Positions 49,965-62,764 of a DNA stretch of 64,000 nt are shown piece after piece; within the stretch, counting starts at the first letter, position 1, and every line of letters begins with the position of its first letter. Location: NCBI GenBank assembly GCA_965649765.1, contig OZ287752.1:55552001-55616000 (forward strand). Direction: 5' to 3'. Made by a program: the position numbers and the translations under genes. The stretch is from Bispira polyomma (taxonomy: Eukaryota). The notes under the pieces are model-generated. The model did not search any database, had not been told where the DNA came from, and worked only from the letters and a program-made list of their open reading frames with translations.

Positions 49965-51263
49965 AGTGGTGGTTCCATATTTAAATTCGATCGGCAAAAT
50001 GGACCAAATTTTAAAATTGGGGCAGTTGTGGCCAAAAAGGCGGGAAAATGAAAGTGTGGGGCGACCTTGCAGATCAAACTAATTGCATCCCGTTTTGATG
50101 GAACACCGACCACGATCAAACTTGAAGTCTGTACTAAAACTGCCCCGGCCTCCCCGACATAGGTTAGGATCTAACTTATTGGCGATAGGATCTGACGTAT
50201 CACCCTAGGATCACCTTTAGGATCTGATGGATCCATATCCCCTATTATCAGGATCAAACGTCTAAAAATCAAAGTCGGGACTCTTTTGGTAAGATAACTG
50301 ACCTGACAAAATGGTCTTATATTCTTCCCGACTGCCCCGTTTGCCCTGTTTTCGCCCCCGACCTATACTTTTTACTGGGCCAGTGTTAAGACAGGCCTGG
50401 AGTGAGATAAGACCTATCAGACAGAACATAATGACAGTCCGATCGAACTTATTCGCAAAAGCTGACCTTTCCATTTTAGAGGTTGGGGAGGTAAGTCGGG
50501 GTACCTTTAGAAAATATCAAACATGTTGAATATCCTTCCAGACCACTGCGACTACCCCGTTTTTGCCCCCAGACCTAAACGGTATACGAGCAAGTCGTGA
50601 CCACAACAACTCGCACCCAACAACTCGCACATACAAGTCGCACCCCAAATTACATTTCTAAATTATCTGAAGAACTTTAAGTCACGGTAGCGTGGATTGA
50701 AATAAAAATAGGAAAACATACCATACAGTGCAGTACAGTTCGACCCGTTTTTTCAAGTTCGACCTAAAATTCGTTGGCCGATAACTTAAAAAATATTGAA
50801 GGTAAAAAAAAATTTAAAATATAGTGAGAAAGTTTATTTTATTGTGGTTAATTAATTTGCATAAAATTCTTCCATTGTCGCTCATATACACGTGCTTCAC
50901 TTCCACGGTATACATCAGCCACAGACTTAATAAAAGCAAATAGCAGAACGCTTTCCTCATTAACATAATATATCACGTAACTAACAAAAGCTAAACAACA
51001 AAAACTAACAATCTATTAATTGATGAAATTTACTTGTTTAAAATATGTAGGTCGAATCATCTTAACACCTTATTTTATTTTACCGAATTTAGAATGATGA
51101 AGTTAATATATATTTTTCAAAAATCGGGTGCGAGTTGTATGTGCGAGTCGATGGGTGTGAGTCGTTTTGGTGGCGACTCGCTGGTATTTCACCTAAACAG
51201 ACACGGCCCTGATCTCAAAATTGGCAATGACCGGGACGAAATCAGCATAGTAGAACCACTATT
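49965..51263. mobile_element. Harbinger MITE with a nested insertion
   Basis: TIRs AGTGGTGGTTCCA / TAGAACCACTATT; TAA target duplication at 49962-49964 and 51264-51266; the subterminal sequence matches 8770-9115. Confidence 0.85.
50581..51190. mobile_element. Non-autonomous TIR DNA transposon (Mutator- or hAT-like) nested in the MITE
   Basis: 8-bp TSD ACCTAAAC (50573-50580 and 51191-51198); ~65-bp imperfect TIRs built from ACTCGCAC/AGTCGCAC repeats. Confidence 0.8.
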
Positions 51264-51646
51264 TAAAGCCACTTACGTTTTAGGCTATTCATGTTCACAA
51301 CCAGCTTAATCATCTAGCATCCATGATTTCTCCATAATTTTATCAATATGCTTTTGTTCTGATTAAAATCAAGTAGGTGGCAGATAATTTTATGGGAAGA
51401 CAACCTGACTTGGGAAGGACTGGTTTTTGTTTAGGTATATTGATCATGGCTTTAACAAATGTATATTGAACTATACTATCTGTTGCATGATGCAGGCATG
51501 AATTAAAGGGGGGATGATATCATAAAAATATGGCAATTTTAGTAATGAAGATGTCTAACTTGAAAAAAAAAATCAGATTAATTATTTCTGTTATAATAAA
51601 CTAAACCGTTCAATTTCAAGATCAACATAAATATTAAATCTGTTAC

Positions 51647-53457
51647 TTTTCATCCCTTTGTTCATTCTGTCTTTTTCCTGTAAATAAAACATACATATAC
51701 AAGGGGACCAACACATACATATACAGCTATACATTGTGTATAATTAAGTGTTTCAAAAATAAATAAAAACTGATATAGTTAGTCAGTTCTAGCATAAAAT
51801 ATTGGATTGAACAAAGTAATGAATGATATTTATCTTGTACAGTAGTCACACAAAGTTTCAGTAAAGGCTTAGATTTAACTTTTCTTATAACAAGTGAAAT
51901 GTCAGAACTTGTTCTTTAAAGACTGCTGATCAAGGCAGTTAAGTTTGATATTTAGCTGATGTAACATTTTGTTTTCTGCATTTTGCACAAGTACAACTGA
52001 TGAGTTGAAGATATGTTACACTTACGAATACAAAAGTTACTGTTGATATTAAGAATTCCCAAAAATGGCATCAAAGACACCAGTGCAATAAATATACCAA
52101 AAACTATTGATAAAGCAATAGCTGCTATTCCACCAGCTGATACTCAAACAAAATATAAAATTATCAATTCATCGTTCATATAAAATTCAACAAATTTGCA
52201 TCACATAACCTTATTTTATTATTTATTAATATTATCCCTAAGTAACAATCAGGTACAGGTAAAACTAAATTACATTCCCATTTTATATCCAGATAACATT
52301 ATCTTTTTTTCACAGAAATATAACAAAATGTACTAACTGGAGTCATCAGGAGCCTCTGCATCAGAATTTTAAAAACTATTGCCCGAGTTGGATCCTGAAA
52401 GTTCATTTTCATACGCAATCAATTCAATAAAATAGGTCAATGTAGGGTCAAATCGGCCATTGATCATTTCTCTTCCTCTAAATGCTTCTATCACATATTA
52501 TCCAGTGCTGGGATGGATGACATAGCTTTCTGCCCCATTATAGCTCATCCAGTACTTGATGCATAATGTCACATGGAGCTCAAACTGTGTTTAGTGGTAC
52601 ATGTATTACATGTGCAAGTTAAATAAAACAAATAAAATCTTTATGTAATGAGTTAAAACATAAAATTTGATAAAAATTGCCGCTATTTTAGTATAGACTA
52701 GTTTTATTTCGATCAATGGCTGGCATCACGGGCTTTGTAAACAGTCACTAGAATTTAAAATAGTCCCAGATGTTATATTATTATATATAATAAAATATTA
52801 TCTTGCTTTAACAACTGCAAGTTACATGCATGTTCTATTTAAAAAAAAAACTAACCTGGTTATTATGTAGTTTCTGCAGAAATGTTCAGTTACTATTAAA
52901 TCATAAGTAGAAACAAGAACAGTATCTATGTAAATAACTGGTGATTCTAACAAAAATAGAACAAACACATTTTAGGAGTAAAACTATAATGGTTCTGCTT
53001 TTATTACCCATGGTCGAATATAGCATTACATATTGTCATGTGGTCATCCAATGTCAAATGGTTACTAAAAGGACAGAAACCGTTGTTTTACCAGATACCA
53101 TATTACTATCCCCTTTGGAAAGAAACACTGTAAGTTCCACATTGTTGCACTTTATTAAATATGAAATACAACCAGTAGCAAATGGATGGTGAGTACATGT
53201 TTCCATGTGTAAATATTTTGAATAAAGTAGAAGGGACCTCTTGTTTCTCCAGTGGTGTACAAAGGCTGACTCATGACATCACCACTTGGTCTATCACTGT
53301 GTGCTGTAACTTTGATGTTATATCGTATGTGCGGTATTAAAGCATCTACATTCATTTGTACCAAGTCTCCCTATTTAATATCCAACCAAATATCATCTTT
53401 TCATAGTTCATAACTGCTAGATAAGACATGCCTGATCCAAACTGTAAAATTTAGTAA
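51647..53457 (-). pseudogene. Paralog 2 of the Ig-FN3 receptor (partial FN3-FN3-TM-tail exons)
   Basis: Homologous exons at 53238-~53457 (5' truncated; TGA and TAG stops), 52856-52946 (-1 nt), ~52338-52584 (TAA), TM ~52026-52142 and mini-exon 51647-51677. Introns also align. Confidence 0.88.
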
Positions 53458-55439
53458 TACGCAAGACTGGTGTAATCTGATTTTCTGTTGTACCTAAATA
53501 TCTATAAGGGGTGTGTGTACCACACTTTGCATATACTTATGAGTACCTTTTTATACCGTTTTAAGAGTGGCACACAATGACCAGTCTGTTGTAGACAATG
53601 TCTTCTAGAGAGACTGTCCAATGTCACATTTAGAAAACTGGCAATATATCTTTCTAGAGTTTTCAATGGTCAGTATTGCAACTTACAAAAGTTGTATTTT
53701 AAATTGCAAAAATTCTAAATTAAAAGCAGATCAGATCTAGTTAATAGGAGTAGTAGTTATAGTCTCATTGTATGCAGACTTCATGACAAACGACGCATGG
53801 ATTATTGTCTGTATTTAGTTCAAACCAAGTTGTGGTTGTATATGAATGCAAGTGCTTCACAGTGAGAAACTGTAACAGAGTACATACAGTTAAATATGCA
53901 GTTATTAATAATTATCGTTTGTGGTAATTTAACATGATTTGAAGTATGTCTTTTGTAAAATATAGTATGAAATACATTAGCCTTATACTGTGTAATACAG
54001 TTCCCTAATGTATGACATTTAATGAAAAAAAAAAGATTACGTTTGGACATTTACAAGTTAATATATTATGTACAGGGTTAAAATATAATATTTAAAATTT
54101 TAATAAGCCCACAACGAGTACATAAACTAAGTTTAGAGTAAACCAAGTTACAGTAAAATTAGTCAATACGTAAATTAAAATAAAATACATGCGGATCTAG
54201 CCCAAATATAACAAATAGTAACACCCTTATACCAGCTAGTACTTTAACAGCCTGAGAAACACTAGTTTGGAAACCCTTAGGGTTATGTGTGTAGATTACC
54301 AATAGCAAATGCGTTTAAAAATTTCATTTCCTTATTGGAATTATAAACGTTATCAAATAAATGTTAACACAAAGCTTCTTGTGGTACAGAATGCAGCCCA
54401 GCATTACTAAGGTTTGAACCCTGGGCCTATGGCACCTAATTGCCTAGCAGAGGCAGGTTCCCCGCTGCAGAGCTCCTAAACCTCCCTAGTAGCCCTCACT
54501 CAGGGGATAGTTTACAAGGGGGAAACTGGCTCCGGCCCCGGGTTCTAACCCGTCATCTGCTGCATTGGTATAGCCTTGTAATTTTGGTACATTCCCCAGC
54601 ATAATAGAGGAGCCAAGGGGATGATAGTGGGAAACATAAAATTTTAGTTTTTACCAGTTGAAATCTTATTTATTTTGGAAGTGGCCGTACTAGTCATTTG
54701 TTCTAGTGAATAATTAAAAATGTTGCCTAACTTTGCATCTTTGATGCCCACACAACACAGACTGTTTTGTCAATGTTTAATACTACGATAAATTCATAAT
54801 TGTTGTTATTTAGTAATATGAGAAGATTCCATAGTATTATGCTGTAGTAAAATTTTAAAATGTTTGAAGTGATTTTAATGGAATATTGGAATGTTTTAAG
54901 CTTATCACAGTATAGTCAATATGTTAGTTACTGTGTACTACTTGTTATTTACTTCTTATATAATTATGTAGTCCTATAAATGATTAAATCTTCCAGATAA
55001 AACCTCCCACCCATCTCTTGTGCATTTCCCAAATGGTAAATCTATAAAAAGTGCCAGGATAGAATTTTTCTCGCACAATCCGTGTAACTCCCCGCACCCT
55101 CCACTGAGAGATTAGCCACCTTTGACAGATCCCTAGCCATGGAAAAGGCTGTTGTTCAAGACTATGTAAAATGTACTATATTTTATTTACTAAACTCAGT
55201 TGAGTAACGACCTTTTATGGGGTTCGGTGTTTAGATTTTAATGGAAGACATAAGTTTGACATTTAAGCATGCACACCATACAATATTCCACAATATTCCT
55301 ATTTGAAATATGTTATATTTGGCCGTGCTTGGAGGTGCTGTGGGAAACACATAATATTACAAACTATCCCTCCCATATATAAAGAACATTTTTTTGGTCT
55401 AATACATTTTATATACTTGTAGATGGAGAACACTCTCAC

Positions 55440-56460
55440 ATCAATATTAATAGTCGCATGAGTCAATACCACAACTCAAACCTTTTTTTCGGCAATTGCA
55501 ATTCCATTCTACAGTAAGTGCTCTTTTACTATCAGCAATAAAATCAATCTTGCACTGGACCGCAACGAAACAGTAGCCCTCACCCTTCTAGTTATTTCAG
55601 CAGCATTCGACACTATTGATCATGGCCTTCTCTGTGACACCCTCAAGCAGTGGTTTGGAATAAATAGCAGTGTCCTTGAATGGATCAGATCCTACCTTAT
55701 TCTTAGAGCACACATAATTAAATTAGATGATCATCTATCATTTTCCATAAACCTACCATACGATGTACCCCAGGAACCCGTCCTTGGGCCTCTACTTTTT
55801 ACCCTGTATACACATCCTCTCAACACTGTCATCAATAATCATAATATAAAACACCACATGCATGCCGATGAAACTCAATCCTATCTCTCTCTCAACCCTC
55901 AAAATGCAAATATAAATATTGACCTACTTGCAGACTGTATGTCCGCTGTCCAGGCGTGGATGAACTACTCCAGACTGAAACTAAACCCAGACAAAACAGT
56001 ATTTATTCTCATTGGAAACAAGAAAAACAGTGAATTCTTAAAATATTTGTTTCCCATCTCACTTATGGGAAAAGACTACCGTCCAAAAATGCCAAAACGT
56101 GGGTGTCACTTTCGATTCAGCATTTTCGTTCGACATTCATATTGACAACATCTGTAGCTCCTGCTATTACCATATACGTGACATCAAAAGAATCCGAAAC
56201 CACCTGTCAATGGACACAGCAATAACTGTGGCTAACGCCTTTGTGAGCAGCCGCCTCGACTAATGCAACTCTCTTCTGTTCGGAGTAAACAAGTCATAGA
56301 TTAGAAAGCTCTATTCCATTCAAAACTACATATGCAGAGTTATTTTTCACCTGGCTAGTCACACAGACGTCACTCCTTACCTTAAAAATTACACTGGCAG
56401 CCCATTCGTATTTTGTTCAATATTCACTGTACCACTTTCAAGGCCCTAGACACTCAACAG
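55440..56460 (+). mobile_element. Degenerate L2 LINE RT fragment
   Basis: LLVISAAFDTIDH, VPQEPVLGPLLF, HADETQ, SRLKLNPDKT, ANAFVSSRLD*CNSL. Confidence 0.8.
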
Positions 56461-57644
56461 TATGCCAGAAAGTTTGTAACATTGAGGTGTAAGTGGAAAG
56501 TCAAAATGCCTGATGAGCTTTAATGGCGGCTTTTTCTGCCCTGTTTTCTAACTGTTTGGTAAACCTGGATCTTTTGGATTGGAAATAAATGCTCCTTTGA
56601 ATTTCCTCAGTGACTTTCAGTCACACAGGCTAGATATCAATTAGTGAAGTTATTGATGATTCAGAGGTTAGGTTGCTGTGAGATGCCCAATGCCTTGTGG
56701 GCAGGCATTTACTTCCACATGGTATGGGCCGGCGTTAAAAAACGCTGTGCCATTAAATGTAGGTACACATTTGTTGAACCAGTTGAAAAATGATATAATA
56801 TGTTTGTGATCATAAGCATTTGTGAGGACCTGAAACATTTGGAGACATAAATAAACCTCATAGTGATCGTTGTAATTGCCTTTTTGTGCATGACATTTCC
56901 CCCCATGCTTTAAATCTCTAGTAACTCATTCCCCTCTCTTCACAGTTTTAATGTTTTTGAAAATGATGTTAGGATTTCCTTCTAACCCATCCATCACACA
57001 ATGTAATTTTCTCTCTTATTTCTCTCATATTTTAATACAGTGGTGTCCAATTTACATTCAGTAACAGTGTATCTTTACATGGTTCCATAGCCGTTGTAGT
57101 TAATGAGCAATATGACTCTATTTATGTTTCCCATATTGTATCAGTGGTTAAGCTTAAGTTTGTTTCAGGCATTCCTTATTACCTTAATTTGGGATTCAAG
57201 CTTGAAATATTTAAGAATTGAATAGCTCAGTTTTCTTACTTCATTAATATAAAATAGCTTGTTTACTATGAACAAATATTGACGTTAATGTCTATTATAT
57301 TTAAACTTGTATTTATTCTTGACATTAGTAACTATACACAATACACACAACTACTACGAGGGTCTCATGTTTCAGTTATGCCCTGACCATATTTACTTTC
57401 TGTAATTTTGTCCAATCACATATCATCTAAACTGTAATGTTGGCTTCTACTAGTATACTGCATCTTAAGTTAATGCACTACAACAATACAGTTTGCCACA
57501 GCTTGAATTAGAGCCTTATTCATGTCCCTTTCATGTCTATAAATAATTTTGGCCATTGCAGTGATTAACTGGAATTTTATTATGTTTTTTTGCAATAAAA
57601 TTATACAAAAGCCTATAAGCAGTTCAAAATAGTGGAGGTATTTG

Positions 57645-57650
<6 letters not shown>

Positions 57651-57691
<41 letters not shown>
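57651..57691. repeat. (TAA)n microsatellite
   Basis: Direct read. Confidence 0.95.
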
Positions 57692-57819
57692 TTTGTATAT
57701 TATATTTTATGAACATCATTTGATATAATAGTTATATTACCTAAATATATACCTTAGTTACAAGTAAATATATGTTAACATATGCTAAACAAATGCTTGG
57801 ACGAAATTAAAGCCACAAA

Positions 57820-59600
57820 AGAACTGTTTTGTTGATCAGATGTCACACAACACCAGAAAATTTTTACTATTATTCTCTAAAATAATATCTAACATAAAAT
57901 CAAAGAGAATAACGTTCTACTTTTTGTTTTTCCATGTTTTAATTAATTTAGAAATATCGTCCTCAATAAAAACAACACAATGTGTTTGGATGTGATAATG
58001 CACCCATGTAATATTTGTAAGCCTTAAGAGAAAGTCTGTATTTCATTTACCATAACAATAACATTTCCTCCATTTCATCATGTATATTTGAAATAGAAAT
58101 GATATTATCATGGATCTTATGATGACTTGCTGATCATTATAATGGAATTGTTTGATAACAAAGGACAAGCTAATTTAAAAAATGAAGCATTTCAATTTTT
58201 ATGGAATTGAGAATTAAGTTATAAATCAAGTAGTCTCAACAATTCCAATCAGCATGCACTTTTACCTAATTATAAATCAAATAATGTCACTGTGTCTCAA
58301 CTATGTCACCATTACATTGACTGAAACATTTAAAGAGGCATAAATTGCCCATAAACGTCCAGTAAATACTGGTCAAAATTCTCATATATAATGCTTAATC
58401 TGTCCATAAACTTGATAATTATGGAAAGTAAAAAAATAAGAGATTTTGATGTTCTAATTTACAGCTTCCTAGTAACAGAGGCCAGTGTGTGGTGTCATGA
58501 CATAAGCAACATACATTAGTAAAGTACATCTTGGATGATAACACAAGTGCACTGATAAATAAGTTAACAGGAGAAGTTTATCTGAGAAAGTCCCAAGCAA
58601 CCTTTTGAGACAGCATGACAGCATGACAAAATTACTATAAATAACAAAGCTTATGGAATCAAAAAACTTTAGTGGCCATCGGTTAATAACAAACTATAAG
58701 CTTGCTGACAAATCTTAGAATTTATTAATATGCAAATTATGCACTGTAAGTGATAATATATGTGCACTAGCCCTATATGTGCCCCCCATGTACTTCAATA
58801 TGAGTTAGACAAACTAAGGAAATAAAATCCTATAATGTTGAAACATATTACAGATTTTGTTTTAAAACTGGTCGACCAAATCCTCTGCATCATATACTAA
58901 GTTTCATGTACATATGTCAGCTCTTTACATTTGTCTCATGTTCTAAGGTGTCATAGCTAAAATTTCTGTAGCACATTCCCTATGAAACTTTCTGTAGCAC
59001 ATTCCCTATGAATTTGATCTTTATTTTTAATATGTCACAGTATGTCAGAGTTTAAGTTAACATGTCATTTTACCACATTATAATAACATATTGACTTAGT
59101 GTTGTATTATACATTTTTTGTTTGTTTTACTGTCATACAATTCTGTCTGTATAATGAGTTTCATGGAAAGTGAACAAAAAGAAGAGAAAGACAAACGTTC
59201 CTTATTGGGAATATGTGTAATTCATAATTTAGAAAAAATGACAGTTGTATGTGGTAACAAGTTCATCATGGTGAAGTATGAACACATTTTAATGTTCTAA
59301 AATACAGCTTCCTAATAACAGAAGCCGGTGTGTGGTATCATGACATAAGCAACATACTTTAGTGAAGTACATCTTAAATGATAACACAAACGCACTGATA
59401 AGTTAATTTTTACCTAATTTTCCAATTTATAGATATTAAGATTATGTAAGAGATAATATTTGTGCACTGGCCCTATATGTGTCTCCTGTGTAGTGTACTT
59501 GAAAATGGATTATAAAATATAAGGATATAAAATCCTATTGTGTTTAAACATCCTACACATTTTGTTTTACAATTGACCCACAAAATCCTCTGCATCATAT
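57820..59600 (-). repeat. Duplicated 3' flank of the Ig-FN3 receptor, with an internal tandem repeat
   Basis: The reverse complement of ~26900-27950 (e.g. AAGATGTACTTCACTTAAGTATATGTTGCTTATGTTATGACACTACACACC) recurs at ~58460-58900 and ~59305-59600. Confidence 0.7.
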
Positions 59601-59919
59601 ATTTGCACAACAGGCCCATTCAGGGGACTGTTAGTTCAGTCCACCTGAAACCATATATACTTCACAACCTTACATTTATCTTTAGATGTTTTCCTAAAAA
59701 ATTGTGTATCAACCTTCAGCCAATCACAGCCCACACACTTCCAGCTTAAGCTTCACTTTTTAAACTCCATATTGAAATGGCCATTTTAAACTTCAAATTC
59801 TCCTAAGCCCACCACCTCCCCTAACCACAGCCTATTGCTAGACTGGTGGTCAGCATTCTGTGGCAACTATTGGGGCTAAGAGATTTATAGATTATGTTGG
59901 ATAGACTTAGATAACACTT

Positions 59920-60076
59920 TCCTTGAGGACACTGGGTAGTGGATGTATAGTGGGTTCGAACCCGGGTCGTGTAGGGAGGCTATTCTGTTCCTTATGTTCC
60001 CCTGGGTCATATAATGCAACTACAGAGGGTGTCATGACTGACAGAATAGTCTTTCTGCTAGGCGATTGGTGCCACA
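59920..60076 (+). mobile_element. SINE-like insertion truncating the paralog 3 tail
   Basis: B-box GGGTTCGAACCC at 59952. The GCACC..T..CCTAGCAGA motif also occurs at ~54432 and ~61406. Homology to the intact gene stops at ~60083. Confidence 0.45.
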
Positions 60077-60079
60077 GCT

Positions 60080-62764
60080 AGTCTCATACTGTTTTAATCC
60101 TGTATTTTCATGAAGTTGCTGACAGGGCTTCTCATATGACTGATCTTCACTCTGACTCTGTGCTATTTGGATTTCACTGTAGCCTGCTAAACAAAACTAA
60201 ACAGTCTTAGAAGTAACAACTAATTTACTTTATTTGTCTTTTAAGACTGGTTTAATGAAAATGAAAAAGATGACATATTCCATATAACAGTGGGCATGTT
60301 TGGACACTGTAAAACTTTCACCCCCTGCCTCTGCGGTCATGGGGTAACACTTATCTTGTTTTAGGCTTGCTGAAGGTTGTTGTTTGCAGATTGAAAATCT
60401 GGAAAAACTACACTGTTCTGATTTCTAAAATTAATAACTGTAAACAAGATCACCTATTTTATATTGTTCATGTTTCAAAAGATTGTTATATTTTCCTCTC
60501 CTTCGAGTTCTTATGTTAAACATAGTACACCAAGGCCAACCATCATTGTAAACTCACAAATATTTACCTTTATCTCAAGAGACTGTGACATCCTCCCTAC
60601 AATACAGATGTAGTACAACATGTATTAACATTTAGTGTACTAAATTTGAGAATTGATAAGACGATGGAATATATAACTCAAAGATAAATTATTTCTCTTT
60701 TGTCCCCTGATGCATCCTGTCTCTTTCCTATAGAAGACAATTTAATTATTTACACATGCGATTACATACCAGTCAATGAAAACATGTATTAAATTTAGTA
60801 TATGTAAACTATTTTGCATTAAGATTCCTAAAATAATGTTTAGTCAGGTCTTAGGCATAATGTAAAAGTTTTATTTAGTTTTGTACAATATAAAGGCTTG
60901 TGGCTAAGAATAGGCTTACTAGGTAATTAAAACAGAATTTTACAGCTTGAGTTATTGATCTGGATGTACTTTTATGTTTGTATTTTTTATTACTTGTCAG
61001 TTATTATTCCTAGTGACATTAGCTTAGATGAAACAATATTTTGCTTACGATTCCAAAAGTTTCCGTTGATATTAAGAATTCTCAAAAAATAACATCAAAA
61101 ACACCAGTGCAATAAATAAAATGTATTGATACAACAATAGCTGCTATTCCACAAGCTGAAACTAAAACAAAATACAAAGTTATAAAAATTAATTTACATT
61201 CATGTAAAATTCAACAAATTTGCATCACAGTTTGCCTGATTGGTGATGATAAGGTCATGTCTAAATTGACCATAAGGTCATATATGGGTTTCGACCTGAT
61301 TGGTCAATGATAGGTTAAATTGAGGTCAATGTCTAAGTTTCAAAATTTGACCTTCTAAAGGTCAAAATTTCCATGTAACCTAGGCACAGGAGCCCGACAC
61401 CTGCAGCACCTAGTCACCTAGCAGAGTGTCCTGCCTCCCAGGGCTTCTATTCAACTCAGGTCCCCTAAATGTGAACTCAGGGGGCGGGGGGTAGGGGACA
61501 GGACAGTCCACACGGTGCCTGGGCTCCTGCTACCCATAGTGTGTGGTCGTGCTGGCTCCCCAGCATTGTTTCATTATTTAATAAAAGTATGCACAACTAA
61601 CATACATTTACTCTAATTGAGCAGAATCAAAGGCTAAATTACTTTCCCATTTTATAACCAAATGACTTTTATCTCTTTCGCAAAAATAAAACAAAATGTA
61701 CTAACTGGTGTCATCAGGATCTTCTGCATTAGAAGTTTCCAAAACTATTTCCAGAGTTAGATCCTGGGAATCCATTTTCATACACAATTAATTCAATGTA
61801 GTACTTAATGTAGGTCAAATTGTTTGTTCACTACTTCTCTTTTTCTGAATGCTTCTACCACACCGTGTCCAGAGCTGGGATGGATGACAGAGCTTCCCTC
61901 CCCATTATCTCTCACCCAGTACTTGATGCACAATGTCAAATGGGGCTCAAAAGTATTATGTGTGTTATTTTTTTGACATGTCAACAAATCCACATACAAG
62001 TTAAATATAACAAATACAAAAGTATTTATGAAACAGTTGCTTTGGTAACAGTATAGTACATACAAGTTCTATTTTGCCCAATAAAGAACTAACCTCATTA
62101 TTATGATCTTTCTGCGGAAATATCCAGGTTACTATCAAGTCATAAGTAGAAACAAGAACTGTATCTATATCAATAACTGGTGATTCTAACAAAAAAGAAC
62201 AAAAACAGTGCTAGAATGGCTCTATTTCCATTACCATTACATATTTTCAACTGAAAACAGGATATCCAATGATTGGTAAATGGGCAAAAACCTTTGTTTT
62301 ACCAGATAACATATCGCTCCCCAATTTGGTAAGTAACATTGTGAATTATAATAATGGAGCACTTCATAAAATATTAAATACAACCAGTGGCAAATAAATA
62401 AAGGTTATATATTTTTGTGTGGTTATATTTTGATTAAAGTAAAAGCAACCTCCTGTTTCTCCAGTAGTGTACAAAGGCTGACCCATGACATCACCACTTG
62501 GTTTATCACTTTCTGCTGCAACTTTGATGTCATATTGTCTGTTCGGTACAAAGCCATTTACATTTATATGTACCAAGTCACCCCCTTCAACATCCACCCA
62601 AATGCTATCTCTCCACAGTTCATAACTGCTAGAAGAGATGTGCTTGATCCAAATGGTAAATGTTAGTGATAGAGAACCCCCAAAGGTTTCTATGATCCAT
62701 GAAATAGGTATAACTGTTGATGTGATATTAAAATTAATACTTAATGTTTTGATGATAGGAGGAC
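60080..62764 (-). pseudogene. Paralog 3 of the Ig-FN3 receptor (FN3-FN3-TM-tail exons)
   Basis: Intact FN3 exon 62450-62764 (315 bp) and exon 62094-62185. Exon ~61706-61951 has a lost acceptor and frameshifts; TM 61049-61161 is 4 nt short; 60697-60727 has lost its donor; 60568-60596 has TGA; the terminal exon from 60183 reads YSEIQIAQSQSEDQSYEKP. Upstream Ig exons may lie beyond the window. Confidence 0.9.
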
